Shown here one piece after another: positions 25,301 to 39,132 of a DNA stretch of 64,000 nucleotides. The stretch is taken from contig JBHGNT010000011.1 in the NCBI GenBank assembly GCA_043228905.1, positions 20,336,001 through 20,400,000 on the forward strand, given 5' to 3'. Position numbers and translations under genes: made by a program. Source of the DNA: Azolla caroliniana (Eukaryota; Plantae; Polypodiophyta). Numbering within the stretch: the first letter of the stretch is position 1; every line of letters begins with the position of its first letter. The notes under the pieces were generated by a model, which saw only the letters and a program-made list of their open reading frames with translations, made no database searches and was not told where the DNA came from.

Positions 25301-28300
25301 GAGCTTATATATATATGACATGGTATAAATAACTCAAATGTATTAACATATAAATCTATGTCAAGTTCAGTGAAAGGGCCCTCCATGACGTGTAAATTTA
25401 TAGAAAGACATCAAAGTGAAAAGGGATCTTTAGTCATATAAATATTTTTTTAATCGATCGATGTTAACATTTCAACTATCAAGGGTGTTGGGTACTAATG
25501 CACCACAGAAATCATGATAAGCTAAGAACATGTTTTGTGATGTATAACTACAAGTATAAAGGGAAATCTGCATTATTAGAGTAAGCATAACTAAGAAACC
25601 ATAGAAAGTCTTGATGTGATGACACACGAGGTTGTGATTTAGAGTTATTTGCGTGCAACAAGACATGGAGAGAATGGCAACATGTAATTCGAAAAGAAAA
25701 ACATTCATTCTCAATGGCCCGCGAAAATAATGTCAATGCCCATTGACATAATTATGTTCACGAAATTAAAGGAAGCTTAGATGAAGGATTCACACACAAC
25801 CAAGGGTGGAGAGACTATCAATGTGTACTAGGAGATGACATAACAACTTCATTTTTGGCCCACCGACAAAAGTCAACCCTCCTATAAAACCACATAAAAG
25901 GATTTGAATGTGCAACATTGGTTTGCAACCAGGGAGCATTTTCTTAAATTATACATCTTGAAAGAACATACCTCTTTGTATTTTGAACTAGCTAAGTGGG
26001 AAGTGTTACTGTGGCATCCATTCCTATTTGAAACATTTTTGATAAAACCAACATGGGGATGGCATGCTACTACGATTGGTAATACAAACTCCTAGTATCC
26101 ATAAAGTAGCATGGGAATCTAGATTCTCGCATAACACCAATTGAACGTAAATCATAGGGTTGCAATCACGTTTGAAACCTTGGTCGTTGTCCATAGCATC
26201 ACGAGAAAAAAGATGGTTTCATGAATATGATTTTAACTATGCCCAATGCAACACAAGTTTACGTTGTCTATAATCAAACATGCATTTTTCTAGAGTAATA
26301 CGTTTAGGTATAAGTTTTATTCGCTTACCTTTCGAGAGTCGGGGTCCTCTCCATTGGAGCCATTGGAGTCATCAAAGCTGAAAAGCAATAGCAAAAACCC
26401 AAAAAAGCAAAAGGTTTAGGACAATGGTCTCCATTGGAGCCATTGGAGTCATCAAAGCTGAAAAGCAATAGCAAAAACCCAAAAAAGCAAAAGGTTTAGG
26501 ACAATGTGACAGGAAATCATTTTTCTTGTAATTTCCATAAGTGCCACGCCTAAGTTCTCACTACTTCTCGAAATACTTGCTCAATCTAATGGGTGTTTGT
26601 TTTGCCACGGGTAGTCAGTTGGGTAAGGTCTCGTTATTGCTCCTAATTAATTAATTGATCGTGAAATACGAAATATAATTGCTCTCAAGCTTATCATAAA
26701 ACGGGTACTTAAAAAAGGGCATCTGTGGAAATAAAGAAAAGTTCGCAAGGGTAATACTTGAATTTTCCCTTAATTATTCACAACACATAATACTAACCTC
26801 TGCATCGCTACTAATTTCTGCTCCAGCTCCTCGCACCTGGCCGCCACGTCATCGTACGCCTTCTTCTGCTCCGCCAGCTCGGCAGAAAGCGTTGCCACGT
26901 CAACACGCAGCTTGGCCGCCTCAGCCCCTGCCGACGCCAGCTCGGCCCGCGACTTCTCAATCTCCCGCTCCATCGCCTCCTCCCGGGAGGCCACGTCGGC
27001 CTTGAGACTGTCCACGTCGGCCCTGGCCGCTGCCACCTCAGCCCTGGCCGCCTCCATGTCACGCTCGACCTGCGCCTTGGTGTCCACGAGGAGGGCCACG
27101 TCAGCCTTGGCCTTGTCCAGCTCCCCCCGCAGCTCATGAATGGTATCATTCAGCTCCTGTATGTCAGTCTCTTTGCTGATCATCTTCTCGCTGTCGCTGT
27201 GGCTATGGCTATGGCTATGGATATGGATCCCTGCTAATGCATAGATTTCTTTCTCCAGCTCTGCGAATTTCTTATGAGCGTCATCCACCATAGCCTGAAG
27301 CAATGCATCATTACCATCACCCATATCGCCATTGCTATTATGATTCCTATTGTCTGATTCATCTGCTGCTGCTTCCTCCTGATTGATTGATCTGCTCTCC
27401 TCATTGTCATTGTTAATGACCACGCTCACTGCGTTGTCCCTAGATGGCATCTGACTCTCGGATATGGCGACGGTAGGCTTCAGATGCTCTTCGATGGCGC
27501 CAAGCTTTCTGCCCAGATCTTGACACAACGTATTTAGAAGCGAAATATAGGCTACGGTGGTGTCTCCATGGATAGTTGGGATGCTCTGTTTCTCACCATT
27601 ACAGCTAACGGAATGATTTTCTAATATAGTATTAAGAGACTCTGATGGATCATGAGATTGATGATCCTTAACGGCAATGGGATTAGAGTTAGCGTCAATC
27701 TGGTCGCAAGATTCATCAGCGTTGGGATTGCTACTTACATTTAATCGATGAGTCAAAACCTTTGGGGAGGTTTGATCGTTAGTAGTTTCTACAGTACAAT
27801 TAGTGTTAGGATTAGCAATGCTGGGTATGCTTTTTTCCTTCTTGAAATGGGCGAGCTCACTCATCAAAGCGGAAGCCCAGGACTCTGCACAGCTGACTTC
27901 CTGTGCGTCGCCATCATCATCGCCATCAGGAGCACCATGGCCATTACTGCTCTCTTCAAAGGGAGGATGATCCTCAGATACGAAATGGCCGTCCACAGGG
28001 CTGGTCGGGCCGTCGGACATATGCACCATGTTATCGGGGACCTTAACTCCATTGCCATTCATGGATGATGACAGCCCGAGTGTCTCGAGCTGATCTTCGG
28101 CGACCGAGAGCTTGCTGGCCATCTTCGCGGACAGAAGCCTCGCGGCTTGCAGCTCTTCGTTCCGCTTCGACATAGTCTCCTTCAGTAGGTTGTTCTCCTC
28201 CTCCATCCAAAGCATCCGGTCGCGGAGCATCTCCACATCCCGCTCGTGCTGCTGCTCCGCATGGCCGCTGGAGGAGGAGCCGGTGATACCATTTCCGTTG

Positions 28301-30079
28301 TGCCGCCCGGGGCTCGTAGAATACATGGAAGAAGCGAAGCTCCTAGGGCTAGTAGTGCTGGTGCTACCATTGACATTAACATTGGAATGATTATGAGTAT
28401 GAGTATGGTATGAGGACCTTATTATGCCGGTGCTGGTCCTTCGCTTTGGATCTGTGATCATTGCATTCTCCACTATCCTCAGCCCCTCCACTTCCTTCCT
28501 CATCTGGGCGATGGCGGCGGGGCCCGGCAGCTTCTTCTTCAGCAGAACCCTGAGCCTGTTCACATCCGCCTCCAAATTGGCCATCTTCTTCACATTGTCC
28601 AGGTGCTGCTTGTGGGCGGCGTCCGCGGATCTCTTCACGAACTCCACCTCCTCGTTCCGGATCTCCAGCTCCTTGGCCGACACGTGGACCTCGTACTTGA
28701 GGGAGGCGATCTCCTTCTCGTACGACCCCAGCCTCACTTCTAGAAGCTTCGCCTCCGCCTCCGCCTTGGACCGCGCCTCGTTGGCCTCCGAGATCCTCCT
28801 GGCCCTCTCCTGCAGAGACTTGGCCATGGCGTTGTTCTGTGCCTGGCACTCCATGAGCCTCCCTTGGAGCTCCGCCTGCCGCTCCTCCACCTCCGACTTC
28901 ATCTTCTCCAGCTCCCTGCTCTTCCCCGCCATCGCCTCCTCCATCTTCGCTGCGTTCTCCTCCCTCACATGCCGCACCTGCCGCATGCATTCCTTCAGCG
29001 CCGCGTCCAGGTGCGCCACTCGATCCTCCAATATCGATTTCTGTTGCTTCGATGCCTCCAGCTCCAGCTTATAAGACTGTGCCTCTGCTTCCGCCTTCTC
29101 CCATCCTGTTTACAGCAACCATTTTTAATGTCCCCAATCCCATCCATATATATATATATATATATATAGCATCACAGATCAGTTAATGAAAAACAAAAAC
29201 AAGTTTAAAATTTTGGATCACTAATTTAAGTTTCGACTATGCACACGATTCGATTGATTGTTTTCAAACTAGAATGTCAAGATCCATGTATGTATGTAGC
29301 AGAGAGGTTGAATCAAACTGCAAAATTTCTTTATATATCCAATCACATACAGACGGCAAATTTGCTTTATATATCCAATCAATTGCGCACTGTCAAGACA
29401 CCTAATTAGCAAGTATTGGCCCCAATTAACGCTAAAAAGTTCGGACTATCGATTGATTGAGAAGCAAGGGCGAGACAAACCAGTGATGATGTGAGTGCAT
29501 GTTGGAAAATTTTAAGGATTGTTTGTTCAAGAAAGATTTAACTCGAAATTATGGTTACCAGCAATGGCATCTTCAGCCACCTTCTGGTGTTGCTTCACTG
29601 ATGCTTCCTTCACCGCTATCTCATCTCGGGCAGCAGCAAGCTCTTGGACCAGAGACGATGTGGCACTAGATAATGCCATAGCCAGCTGATCGCCATTCAC
29701 GACATCCATACTACCCTTCGGTAGTATACTACCAGTTGAAGCACTAATGTTGTCGTCCTGGCAACAATTGTTAATACACAGCAATTAATCCTTCCGGTTA
29801 GCAATAAACATGTTGATTAATCAGCAGCACTTAATTTCACACTTAGGCGCAACATAAGTAATTAGGATTGAGAAGATAATAAGTAGAGTGGATTTGGCGC
29901 AGGAGGAATCGAACTAGTCTTTGTGGATAATATATTAGTTTTAATCAGACCTTGTCATGATGCTGATCTGAGCTTGTTGCTGCTGCTGCTGCTGCCGATG
30001 ATGATGATGATGATTTAGATGAGTTTTTAATCTTCCTCCAAGGCCAGCTACTTGATCTAGACGAAGATCTGTCGGCCAT
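22338..30079 (-). CDS. FPP: Filament-like plant protein (FPP, DUF869), about 1184 aa
   Basis: Exons (-): 30079-29951, 29757-29559, 29105-26798, 26377-26329 and 23207-22338, all phase-consistent. Hallmark motifs are SWPWRK, VKQHQKVAEDAIAGWEKAEAEA, LEDRVAHLDAALKECMRQ, KKKLPGPAAIAQM, SCAESWASALMSELAHFK and AAKEKLGECQRTILALGKQL. Confidence 0.92.
26348..26506. repeat. Near-perfect tandem duplication (period 80 bp) of the FPP intron 3 acceptor plus the first part of exon 4
   Basis: 26348-26426 is identical to 26428-26506. On the minus strand each copy reads cattgtcctaaaccttttgcttttttgggtttttgctattgcttttcag|ctttgatgactccaatggctccaatggaga. Confidence 0.92.
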
Positions 30080-30154
30080 CCTACCATCAAATAAGAATCT
30101 TCCCAATTTATAAACACGCAGACTTTCTATAGCGATGCTTGTATGGATGCTGAT

Positions 30155-30259
30155 GTAGATAGAGAGAATTGATTAGTGTAATTCAGTTGTAAGTAGAGAG
30201 AATTGTTAGTGTAATTCAATTGTAGATAAGAGAGAATTGTTAGTGTGGTTCAACTGTAG
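30155..30259. repeat. Three degenerate ~33-bp tandem repeats just upstream of the FPP start codon
   Basis: Unit approximately gtagatagagagaattgttagtgtaattcaatt, repeated three times. Confidence 0.7.
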
Positions 30260-30530
30260 GCCGATGGATTGGAATTAAAGGTCAGAAATAGCAATGTAGT
30301 AAGTAATTCATGTATGGATGATCAAACGAATGGAAGAGATAATGATTGGAAAAATATTCAAGGTAGAATGCGACGCTGAAATAATAATGCTAATTAAATG
30401 ATCATCCATTATTGTATGTAGAATGATCGCATGATGCCACCATACACTATATACACATGTATAGATACATGTATGTATATATATGTATGTACATATATAT
30501 ATTATAAGGGCGACGATGTCACAAGGTGTT

Positions 30531-30678
<148 letters not shown>

Positions 30679-33600
30679 AAGAAACAGAGAAAGTACCATT
30701 TATGTAGTAAAAGTACTAGTGAAGAAAATGGAGGAAATAAATAGCTGTGATGTAAAAGCAGTACAGCTGGTGAATTAAATACAAAATAAAATAGAAAATA
30801 GAAAAGACAGAGCCATGACTCTGCATATTTATACATATTTATTCAAGAGGAAAAAGGGTCAAATCTTATTAACAATAATTATAATATCTATTAGTTAATA
30901 ACAAAATAATTATATATATATGTATGTATATGCCTTCCCAACACGTTGCTCGTTTTGTGTACATTTTCGTTTTAATGAAAGAAAAAGAAAGCAGTCAGTC
31001 CCAAGAAACACATAACGAAAGATATCATTTGCTTTTCTTAAATATCACTATTTTTATTTTATGAGCAATTGGAAGTGAAGGTTCTAAAGTTCGAATTCAT
31101 TTTATTCAATGAAATTGGAAGGGTATTTGTTTTTTCCTTCTATAAATGTTGCTTGTTTTCTCTTGATTCACTTTCTTTCAATAGATGACAGATGTATGAT
31201 GCTATGTATCAGCTATACATACAATACAATACACGCACTATGTGTGTGCCTTACTTACCCTTACCCATTCACAATCCTGCATTGAGCCCAAAGTGCCTAT
31301 ATCAGAATCACCCCTCAATTTCTTTTAACATTCCTCACAATTGCTTGCCAAATTTTCACTATTGTGGGGAAGACAACGTATGGATAGATACACGCTATGG
31401 TCGTCACATCCATCGATGCTATGTAGTTTGTAAAGATAGAAAGACCCTCTCTCGGGGGCCACAGGTTGATTGTACGTTTTGGAGGGATATTCATGGCTAG
31501 TGTAGGGTCGTTTGTCCCCCACCCCAAACATCAAGGTGTAACTTCAAAAGAAGTTATAACATCATTGGCAGGTTGAAATTCACCGAGCTAGGAGAATGCA
31601 AGAAAATTGTTGAGTTAGCACAGAAAATGCACATCGTTGACATGTTGAGATCACAATTTGGGGCACATACATAATAGATGGTTGGGATGTGCCTTTCCAT
31701 GTCAAAACACTCAAGCATCACACTGTATTAAACTAAAAAGTTACATGGGACCCAAAATATATATAAGCGAACATCCTCCAAAATTTTATATGAGCATCGG
31801 GGTCACATTATGAGCTAATATCTAGCCTTTAATTAATAGATGTATGCACAATGCCTAAACACACGAATAGAGTGTTTGCCTAGCCCAATGGTGTGGATGA
31901 TAGATGACTTTCTTTTACATGGAGATTCATCTCGAGTACTACATTGAAGAATCGACCTATAGCATAGTGTCGTATCTCGGCATTGAAAGCTCTAATTCCA
32001 ATTTGGTGAAGTCTATATCTTTTCATTTTATGATATTTAGTAGAGTAATGGCTCTTGTTTGGCTTTTCAAAGTCATGCATAGGCAATGGGCACCAATGAA
32101 CACTTTTATATTGTCTTAAAAACTTCTTTGACTGGGTTTGGTGCCTTCATCATTTTGTTTCAAACACATTCACTAGTATTGTAAGCATATTATTCAAATC
32201 TTTTGTATACGATATGTGTATCATAGAGATTACGTATGTCCATTGGGCACACCACTCATTCTAATGCAATGACACTTCAAATGTAGTTACAAAGACCTCA
32301 TTGTTGTGTATAAAAGTTGAGATTGACATTGTAACATATCGATTAATAGTAAAGAGAATGTAACTCATTGGAATGTTTATGAATATGCAAAGAATGGCAT
32401 ACCAAGCATATGATTGAAACTTTGAGCAAAAGAATATATCACACATAGGTGGTCATTTTAGGCCTTGTTGCACGTGGTGATAGCAATACATTGACACAAT
32501 CATGTCATAAATTATTGATATTATTGCTCTAAACATAGACATATCAACTTCCCTCACATTGAGGATCGAAATATTTTTGTGGTAGTGGTATATACATACT
32601 GTCAAATATTCATTCCTGATTTCTTTAGAAGTTTCTTAAAATAATCCAAAGATTTCAAGATCAACCTTTGTTGCGATTCTTTTTATCAAAGTTCAAAAAT
32701 TAATTTAATGTTGAGTTCTATCAAAGATGTTTATTCGACCATTGCCTAGCTTCGGCATGATAAACATGTTGCATAATTTTTGAAATGTTCTAGAAATTGA
32801 TATAAATTATAAAGCATTCATATCAAGACTGGAAACACAACAATAGAACCACTAGTCTAGGTCAAGGTTCACAAAATAGATGCAAAATTTACGGTGTGTA
32901 GATCTACATAAGAGATGCAAATTTATGGTGTGTCAAGGTGGTACGTGGCTAAGGGTTCCATCAATATGTGGTGCCCTCAAAAAATAATTTTGTACAAATT
33001 GAAATGAGATTCGAACATATCGATGCCGAGGCTCAAAAAATCCCCCTTTATGTTGAAGGACATAATGCATGACCCATACTTTTGATTTAAGTTTTTCCAC
33101 TGATTAATCATGTGGGTGTAATCAGTCAATGAATGTTTACTTCATCCATGTACCATTTAAAGGCAATGCTAAATAAACCAACAGGTACACGATACTTGGA
33201 AAGAACAAGGCCATCTAGTTTGAAATGTAGTTGCACAAGAGTACCACACCATTGTTAACAACTTATGAGTATCACAATGATTGACATTAACATCACAGGG
33301 AAATTCTCCATTCTGTAAAGCTCAAGTTCTTGATCTTCATATGGATGCCCCTTAGAATACAGACCCTCTTATTGCACATGATATAATGGGTGCACTAAGC
33401 GCATAACTTTATGTGCATTTTTCTTGTTTAAAACAAACATCCAAGCATTGTACTATTGCTTTTGAGATGGCATAATATGCCGCAACACAAACTTTTTCTC
33501 GAGAGCAAAGGCTTTTGTTCTCCTTCAGCGAGTTGGCTCTTTTTCAGAATTGGGTAGACACTCCTTTTCATGATTGAATGGCAAAATAATTCGCTTGTCC

Positions 33601-36600
33601 CTAGCATTTCATAGGTACTTTCCACACTTTATTGCTAACCACACATATGCACAATGCCCCTCCATTAGAAAATGCATGCTAAAAGAGTCTTTGTATTACC
33701 CTACATATATTCTTCTTCTTAGCGTAGAATTGACATCATGATCCATAGATTTTTACGTACAAATGGAGCTGAGTTTAAATATTAAAAATTATCCCCTTTC
33801 CAACTAATCCAAAATGTAATGATAAGTTCACAACATAATAAAAGATCCAAAGTCAAGATGTGTATTTTTGTTCCTTTTTCTATTTCTCCTTTTCAAATTA
33901 GAACTATTTGTTTCTCCCCATGTGCACTTCCTTAAAGTATCATAATCAATATGCACCACCACTTCTAAATCATCTCTAAATGACTGATTTATTTTTATAT
34001 GGAACCTTAAGGTTCACCTTTTGTGTCTTGTACCTGAGGCATTCACAATGAGCATTTCATTTTGGTTCTAAGGTTATGTTTATGCGGTGCAAATGGAACC
34101 TTCGGTGATGTGATTTTATGCATGGCTCGAAGGCCTTTGAAAGGTCTAAATATGTACGACTCTTGCACATTAAATGCTTCCAAGCACAAGAAGGTTAAAG
34201 TTAAAGCTGTACATTGATATATAAATGTTGAGTTACTCTAACATTAGGACGTACTCATAGTAAAACAAGACTCCATATGACTTTCGTTGTATGTGTGTGT
34301 TGCAATATTTTACACAATATTCCAATATAGATAACCTTAGTAACATTATTAATAACCCATATTTAGATTGAAGTCTTCAAAATATCCCAATTTGAAATGC
34401 ACTCTTGTCTAAGTTAAAGAGACTAATATAGTATTAATCTCTTTGGAAACTCATTTTCTCCATCAATTTTGATAGCAAACGTGAAATACATTAACATGAC
34501 CCATGACTAGCTACATATATGTATGTACATAGAGAAAGTTTTATCATGTACATGAAAGTCAAGAGACAAAATAGGAATAAAAACTTTTTGGGTTCACGAA
34601 TATTCGCATTACCAATTGCACATACGTGAACCTTGCTATGCAATATTGTATTTGAGATAGATATTCCTCCCTAAAAATTATTTATACTCTTTAGGCCCAA
34701 TATACATTAGAAATTAGTATAGTGTTGTGGGCTACTTGATGATTTGCTATGTCACGTTGTCACATATGCATGGTGAAGTGGTTGAGACTTTGGTAGATAC
34801 GCTTTTATTATGCATCTTCCTCACAATGCCATGCAAAGGAACCAACAATTACATGAGAAGATTTACTATGGCTGAAAATGCATCATCCTAATACAATGGT
34901 GATAAGATACAAACCCACAGAGGCATTCAAATGATATTTCCAACTCATAAGATGATAAACTTTCCTTTCATCTAGCCTTTAATTTCAATTAATGAGGGCA
35001 TGCCAAAATTTCCTACTTGTATGCCATGTAGTTGGAAGTTAGTGTGTGGATCAAAGGCCAACTAAAATCGCACATTATAGGCAAAGATGTTGGAAAAGAA
35101 AGTAAGGAGATTATCTTTGGGGAAAATGTATGGGTGGAAAATAAAAACAAGAGTAAAGATGCAAACAGAAAACATAAGACCTAGTGACAATGCTACAATC
35201 TTTGTAGAATGTAGAAGAATAAGAGAAACATTTACTACATTACAACTCGTGAGTGGAGTTATTCTAGAAGAAGACGATAATAGCCTATGAAGGAAGGTTC
35301 ACATGGGTCTCCAATTAATTTGCATATCTTATCAACATGAACAATTGGAATGAGTCTTTTAGATATTATATACATTCATTTCCTATGTGTTATTCTCAAT
35401 TCCCAACCCTTTTTTTGGTTTTGTCATGAATTAACTTATGCTTGTTTTTCTGTATGTATTTGAATGCTCAATTTTTCATTATTTTATAATTGACTTTGCA
35501 ATTCTAGATTTCTATATTATTTTTCCAAATGAAAAACATTGTTTGGGGGAAAAAACATAGTGGCCCTCGAAAACAAGTGAAAAAGAGTATGAGAGTATGC
35601 CAATCAGATATGGTATGCCCACGAGAGAAAGACAAAAAGAGATGATGATGAGGTGCCCAATATCTTGACTTATAGATCCAAGAAAGGATTGGAATTGAGT
35701 CTCCTCTACTAAATTGCATGTCATGACTCACACCTATGCTCGAGTAAAGTGCACATTTATTTACTAGAAGTCTATGCTTGAGTAGAGTGAACATTTATTT
35801 GCCTAAGAGACATAGTGAGTGTACCTAGCTTAAATAACTTGTGCTAGGCTAGTGCATTGGGTGGATGCATGGTTGAATGGCCACATAGAACACATTGAGT
35901 ATCGAATGCTTGCCTTGACCAAAAGGGTGTGACATTATGAACATCTTTTCACCATCTCTATGGTGTTTTAGCTAGTGAGCCCCACATTACTACACCTTAT
36001 AACTAACCTTGGATTACTAATGCATTGAAGTGTTTGATCTCTCTATGTCCTCAATAAAGATTATTTAGATTGCCAATCCTCTTGCGCGGGATTGGCATAC
36101 TTTTTGGTCCCCAACGCAGGGTGAGCATGGTAGAAAAGGGGGTGTTTGTACATCTATAAAGAATAATCCAGATATTATTGTTGTGGGCCAGGGCACCATA
36201 GTGGAGGGACGTGCCATCTATGTGACTGTTAGATGGTAGTAATGTATCATTGGAATAATAAATGTGTATGCGCCCAATTCGACAGCGATGCGGGCCCTTT
36301 TTTGGAGGCAATTGGCCGATGGCCTACCGATTGCAAATACGTGGATCCTCGCAGGGGATTTTAACATGACTTTGCACATAGAGGACAAGGTGGGGGGCAT
36401 GCATACGGGGGTGCATGGGTCAGAGTTAGTTGCATGGGATTTGTTGATGGGCAGAATGGGAGTGAAAGATGCTTGGTATGTACTAAAAAGGCCTCGGAGC
36501 TCGCTATGCTTCTCAAGAGCAGGTTGCAATATAAATGGCTTTTGTATGTCTTGCATAGATAGAATATACATAGGCTTGGAACCGGAAAAATATGGTAGCA

Positions 36601-38104
36601 ATGTTGAAATCATCGCAGGTTCAGCTTACTCTCATCATATGCCGGTTACGATTACGATGGTCAATCAGAGGAGGAAAAAAAGGGATTGCAATTTGAGGAT
36701 TAGCAGTAAACTTTTTGAGGATGTGGAGGTGGGAAGGAAGATAAGGAGTATATGGGAAAATAACCTAGCTGGTTGTGGTGCACTGGATAATCTTCGAGGA
36801 AAGTTTATTGAAACTTCAATGTATTTGCATGAAGAGACTAAAAATAGAATTGTGAGGTCTAAGGAAAGAGATGTGAGATTAAAAAGAGCGATAGCGGCTG
36901 CCCAAAGAATGCTTCAGAAAAATCCCAAGTGTCAATGGTCGAGATCAGTTCTGGAGGTTGCTAAAGAAATACTACAACAGTTGATTGTGTCTAGAAATAA
37001 GATGGTATTCATGAGTTCAACAACTTGGTGGAGCAGGCATGGGGACAAGGTGAACCAACAATTTTAAGTTTAAAAAACCGAGAACAAACAGTAGCTACAA
37101 TCCTAAGTTGATTAAGGAGGATGGTTCACTGTTAGAGGATGTATCGGAGATCATGGAGGCAGTCACAACTTACTATAGTGGGCTACTCTCAAATAGTTAT
37201 AGTCTCCCAGACCAACCGTCACTGACAGAATTTGTATTGGAGGGAATGCAACCAAGAATTTTAGAGGTTGCACAAGTTTAGTTGTTAGGGCCTCTCTTGG
37301 AAGAGGAGGTGTCAGACGCTTTGGCAAGTATATGTAGCAGATCTTGTCCATGCGTCAACGGATTATCAAAAAAAAAATTTGAAATTTTTTGGGAAGTGAT
37401 TAAGGTTGACCTTGTTGTTGGTCTAAATGAGGCATGGGATGTTGGGTATCTCCCGTAGCATTTTAAAGAGGGGCTGATATGTCTAATTCCTAAGGTACAT
37501 GGTATAGTAACGGATGTGAGGCAAAGGAGACCGATTACGTTGCTCAACACAATCTATAAGATTTTTGCTAATATTCTGGCCAAGAGGGTCAAACCCCACT
37601 TGCATGCGCTAATTAATGTTGGACAAACAAGATTCATGGAAAATAGATGTATAATTGATAATGTCAACACCTTTTGGCAGGCGATTGCCTTAGCAAAAAA
37701 ACCAATCAACATATTGCATGTCTCATGCTTGACTTCGAGAAGGCATATGACAGAGTACAGTGGTCTTTTTTAGACAAAGTCATGGAGCGGTTGGGACTAC
37801 CCTCCAAATGGATATCAATTGCATTGGTCCTTTACAAAGGAAGCTCGAGTAGGGTGTTCGTGTTAGGGCAACTAGGGCCATCAATTCCATTATGTTGGTC
37901 TGTTAGGCAGGGGTGCCCATTGGCCCCCTATCTTTATTTATTTATTTCAGAGGCATTCTCTTTCTTTTTAAATAGACCGGATGCAGGAATTCGGGGATTG
38001 GTTGTCCCACATGCTTGCAAGGACTTGTTGGACTCCATGTATGCAGATGCACTATGCTCTATTTGCAAGACAATGGTGCTAATTTACAACAGGCTGAAAA
38101 ACGG

Positions 38105-38776
38105 TGTCGCGGAAATCCGCATGTGCGTGTCGGATAGGATGGGACCACGAGGGTCTTGGATTAGGGAGTAAGAGGAGGGAGAGAAGCTTCGGAGTTCAAC
38201 CGAGAAGGAAGAGAAAGATTAAGATTCAAGATATTAAGATTCAAGAGAATAAGATCTAAACAAGACAAGATACATTATGGAAAGCACCACACCAATTACA
38301 ACTGTGGCCGTGTAGGCCGAATCTAAACCCTGTAGATGAAACCCTAACCGGATAGGGGAAAAGAAGAAGATGAAGAAGAATGAAACCCCTAAAATTAGAT
38401 CCTAAAACCCAAAATTCCGAAACCCTAATGGCAACCCAAAGAAACCCAAAAAGTGGAAACCCCTCAAAAATGGCCCCTCACTCCCTTTTATAGTAGTAAG
38501 GGGTGAGGCACATTACATAAAGAAGAGGTCAACCCCCCCTTATTTCAATGGGGAAATATTTGGCCTTCCTTTAGTCTACATGTGCATGTGCACATAAGTG
38601 CACATCACATTTACACTTTATGAATTTTCGTAGTGCACTTTTAACACCTTACATTTACCCTTCCTTTTTTACATTTGTTTCTTTTACAAATCTTCTAGGT
38701 GCATGTGCAATATTGCACATCCCCATTTTATCCATCCCACTTGGTTTTCTCACCATGGCCGAAAATCCTCACGACA
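38105..38776 (-). mobile_element. Solo LTR (672 bp) inserted in the LINE RT domain
   Basis: Termini TGTCGCG...CACGACA. ACGG is duplicated at 38101-38104 and 38777-38780. Removing the insert and one ACGG restores LQQAEKRIELFCKASGGKINWDKS. A TATAAAAG sits on the minus strand near 38485-38492, with internal AAACCCT repeats. Orientation is inferred from the TATA box. Confidence 0.82.
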
Positions 38777-38918
38777 ACGGATTGAGTTGTTTTGTAAAGC
38801 ATCAGGTGGGAAAATTAATTGGGACAAAAGTAGAGGGTTTTGGGTAAGTCCAAACTCATGACCACTTTAGCGTCCTAATGCTGATTTTCAATGGGTCCCT
38901 AATGGAAGGGTTGTTAAA

Positions 38919-39132
38919 TATTTGGACTTTTTGGTGGGAGTTGAGATTCAGAAGAATCATCAGCTTGAGCAAGTGAAAGACAAAATCAGAAAAAAACTTC
39001 GATTATGGGGATCAGTAAAGCTTCGGTTATTTGGACTTTTTGGTGGGAGTTGAGATTCAAAAGAATCATCAGCTTGAGCAAGTGAAAGACAAAATAAGAA
39101 AAAAGCTTCGGTTATGGGCATCAGTAAAGCTT
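38919..39132. repeat. Internal tandem duplication (period 109 bp) within the LINE
   Basis: tatttggactttttggtgggagttgagattca...atcagtaaagctt at 38919-39023 and 39028-39132, with a few substitutions. Confidence 0.88.

Noticed and set aside
26811-29169. Long antisense and alternative-frame ORFs over FPP (e.g. 28424-29074 +, 28391-28990 -)
   Set aside because: Shadow ORFs caused by high GC3 in a real coding exon. No recognisable motifs.
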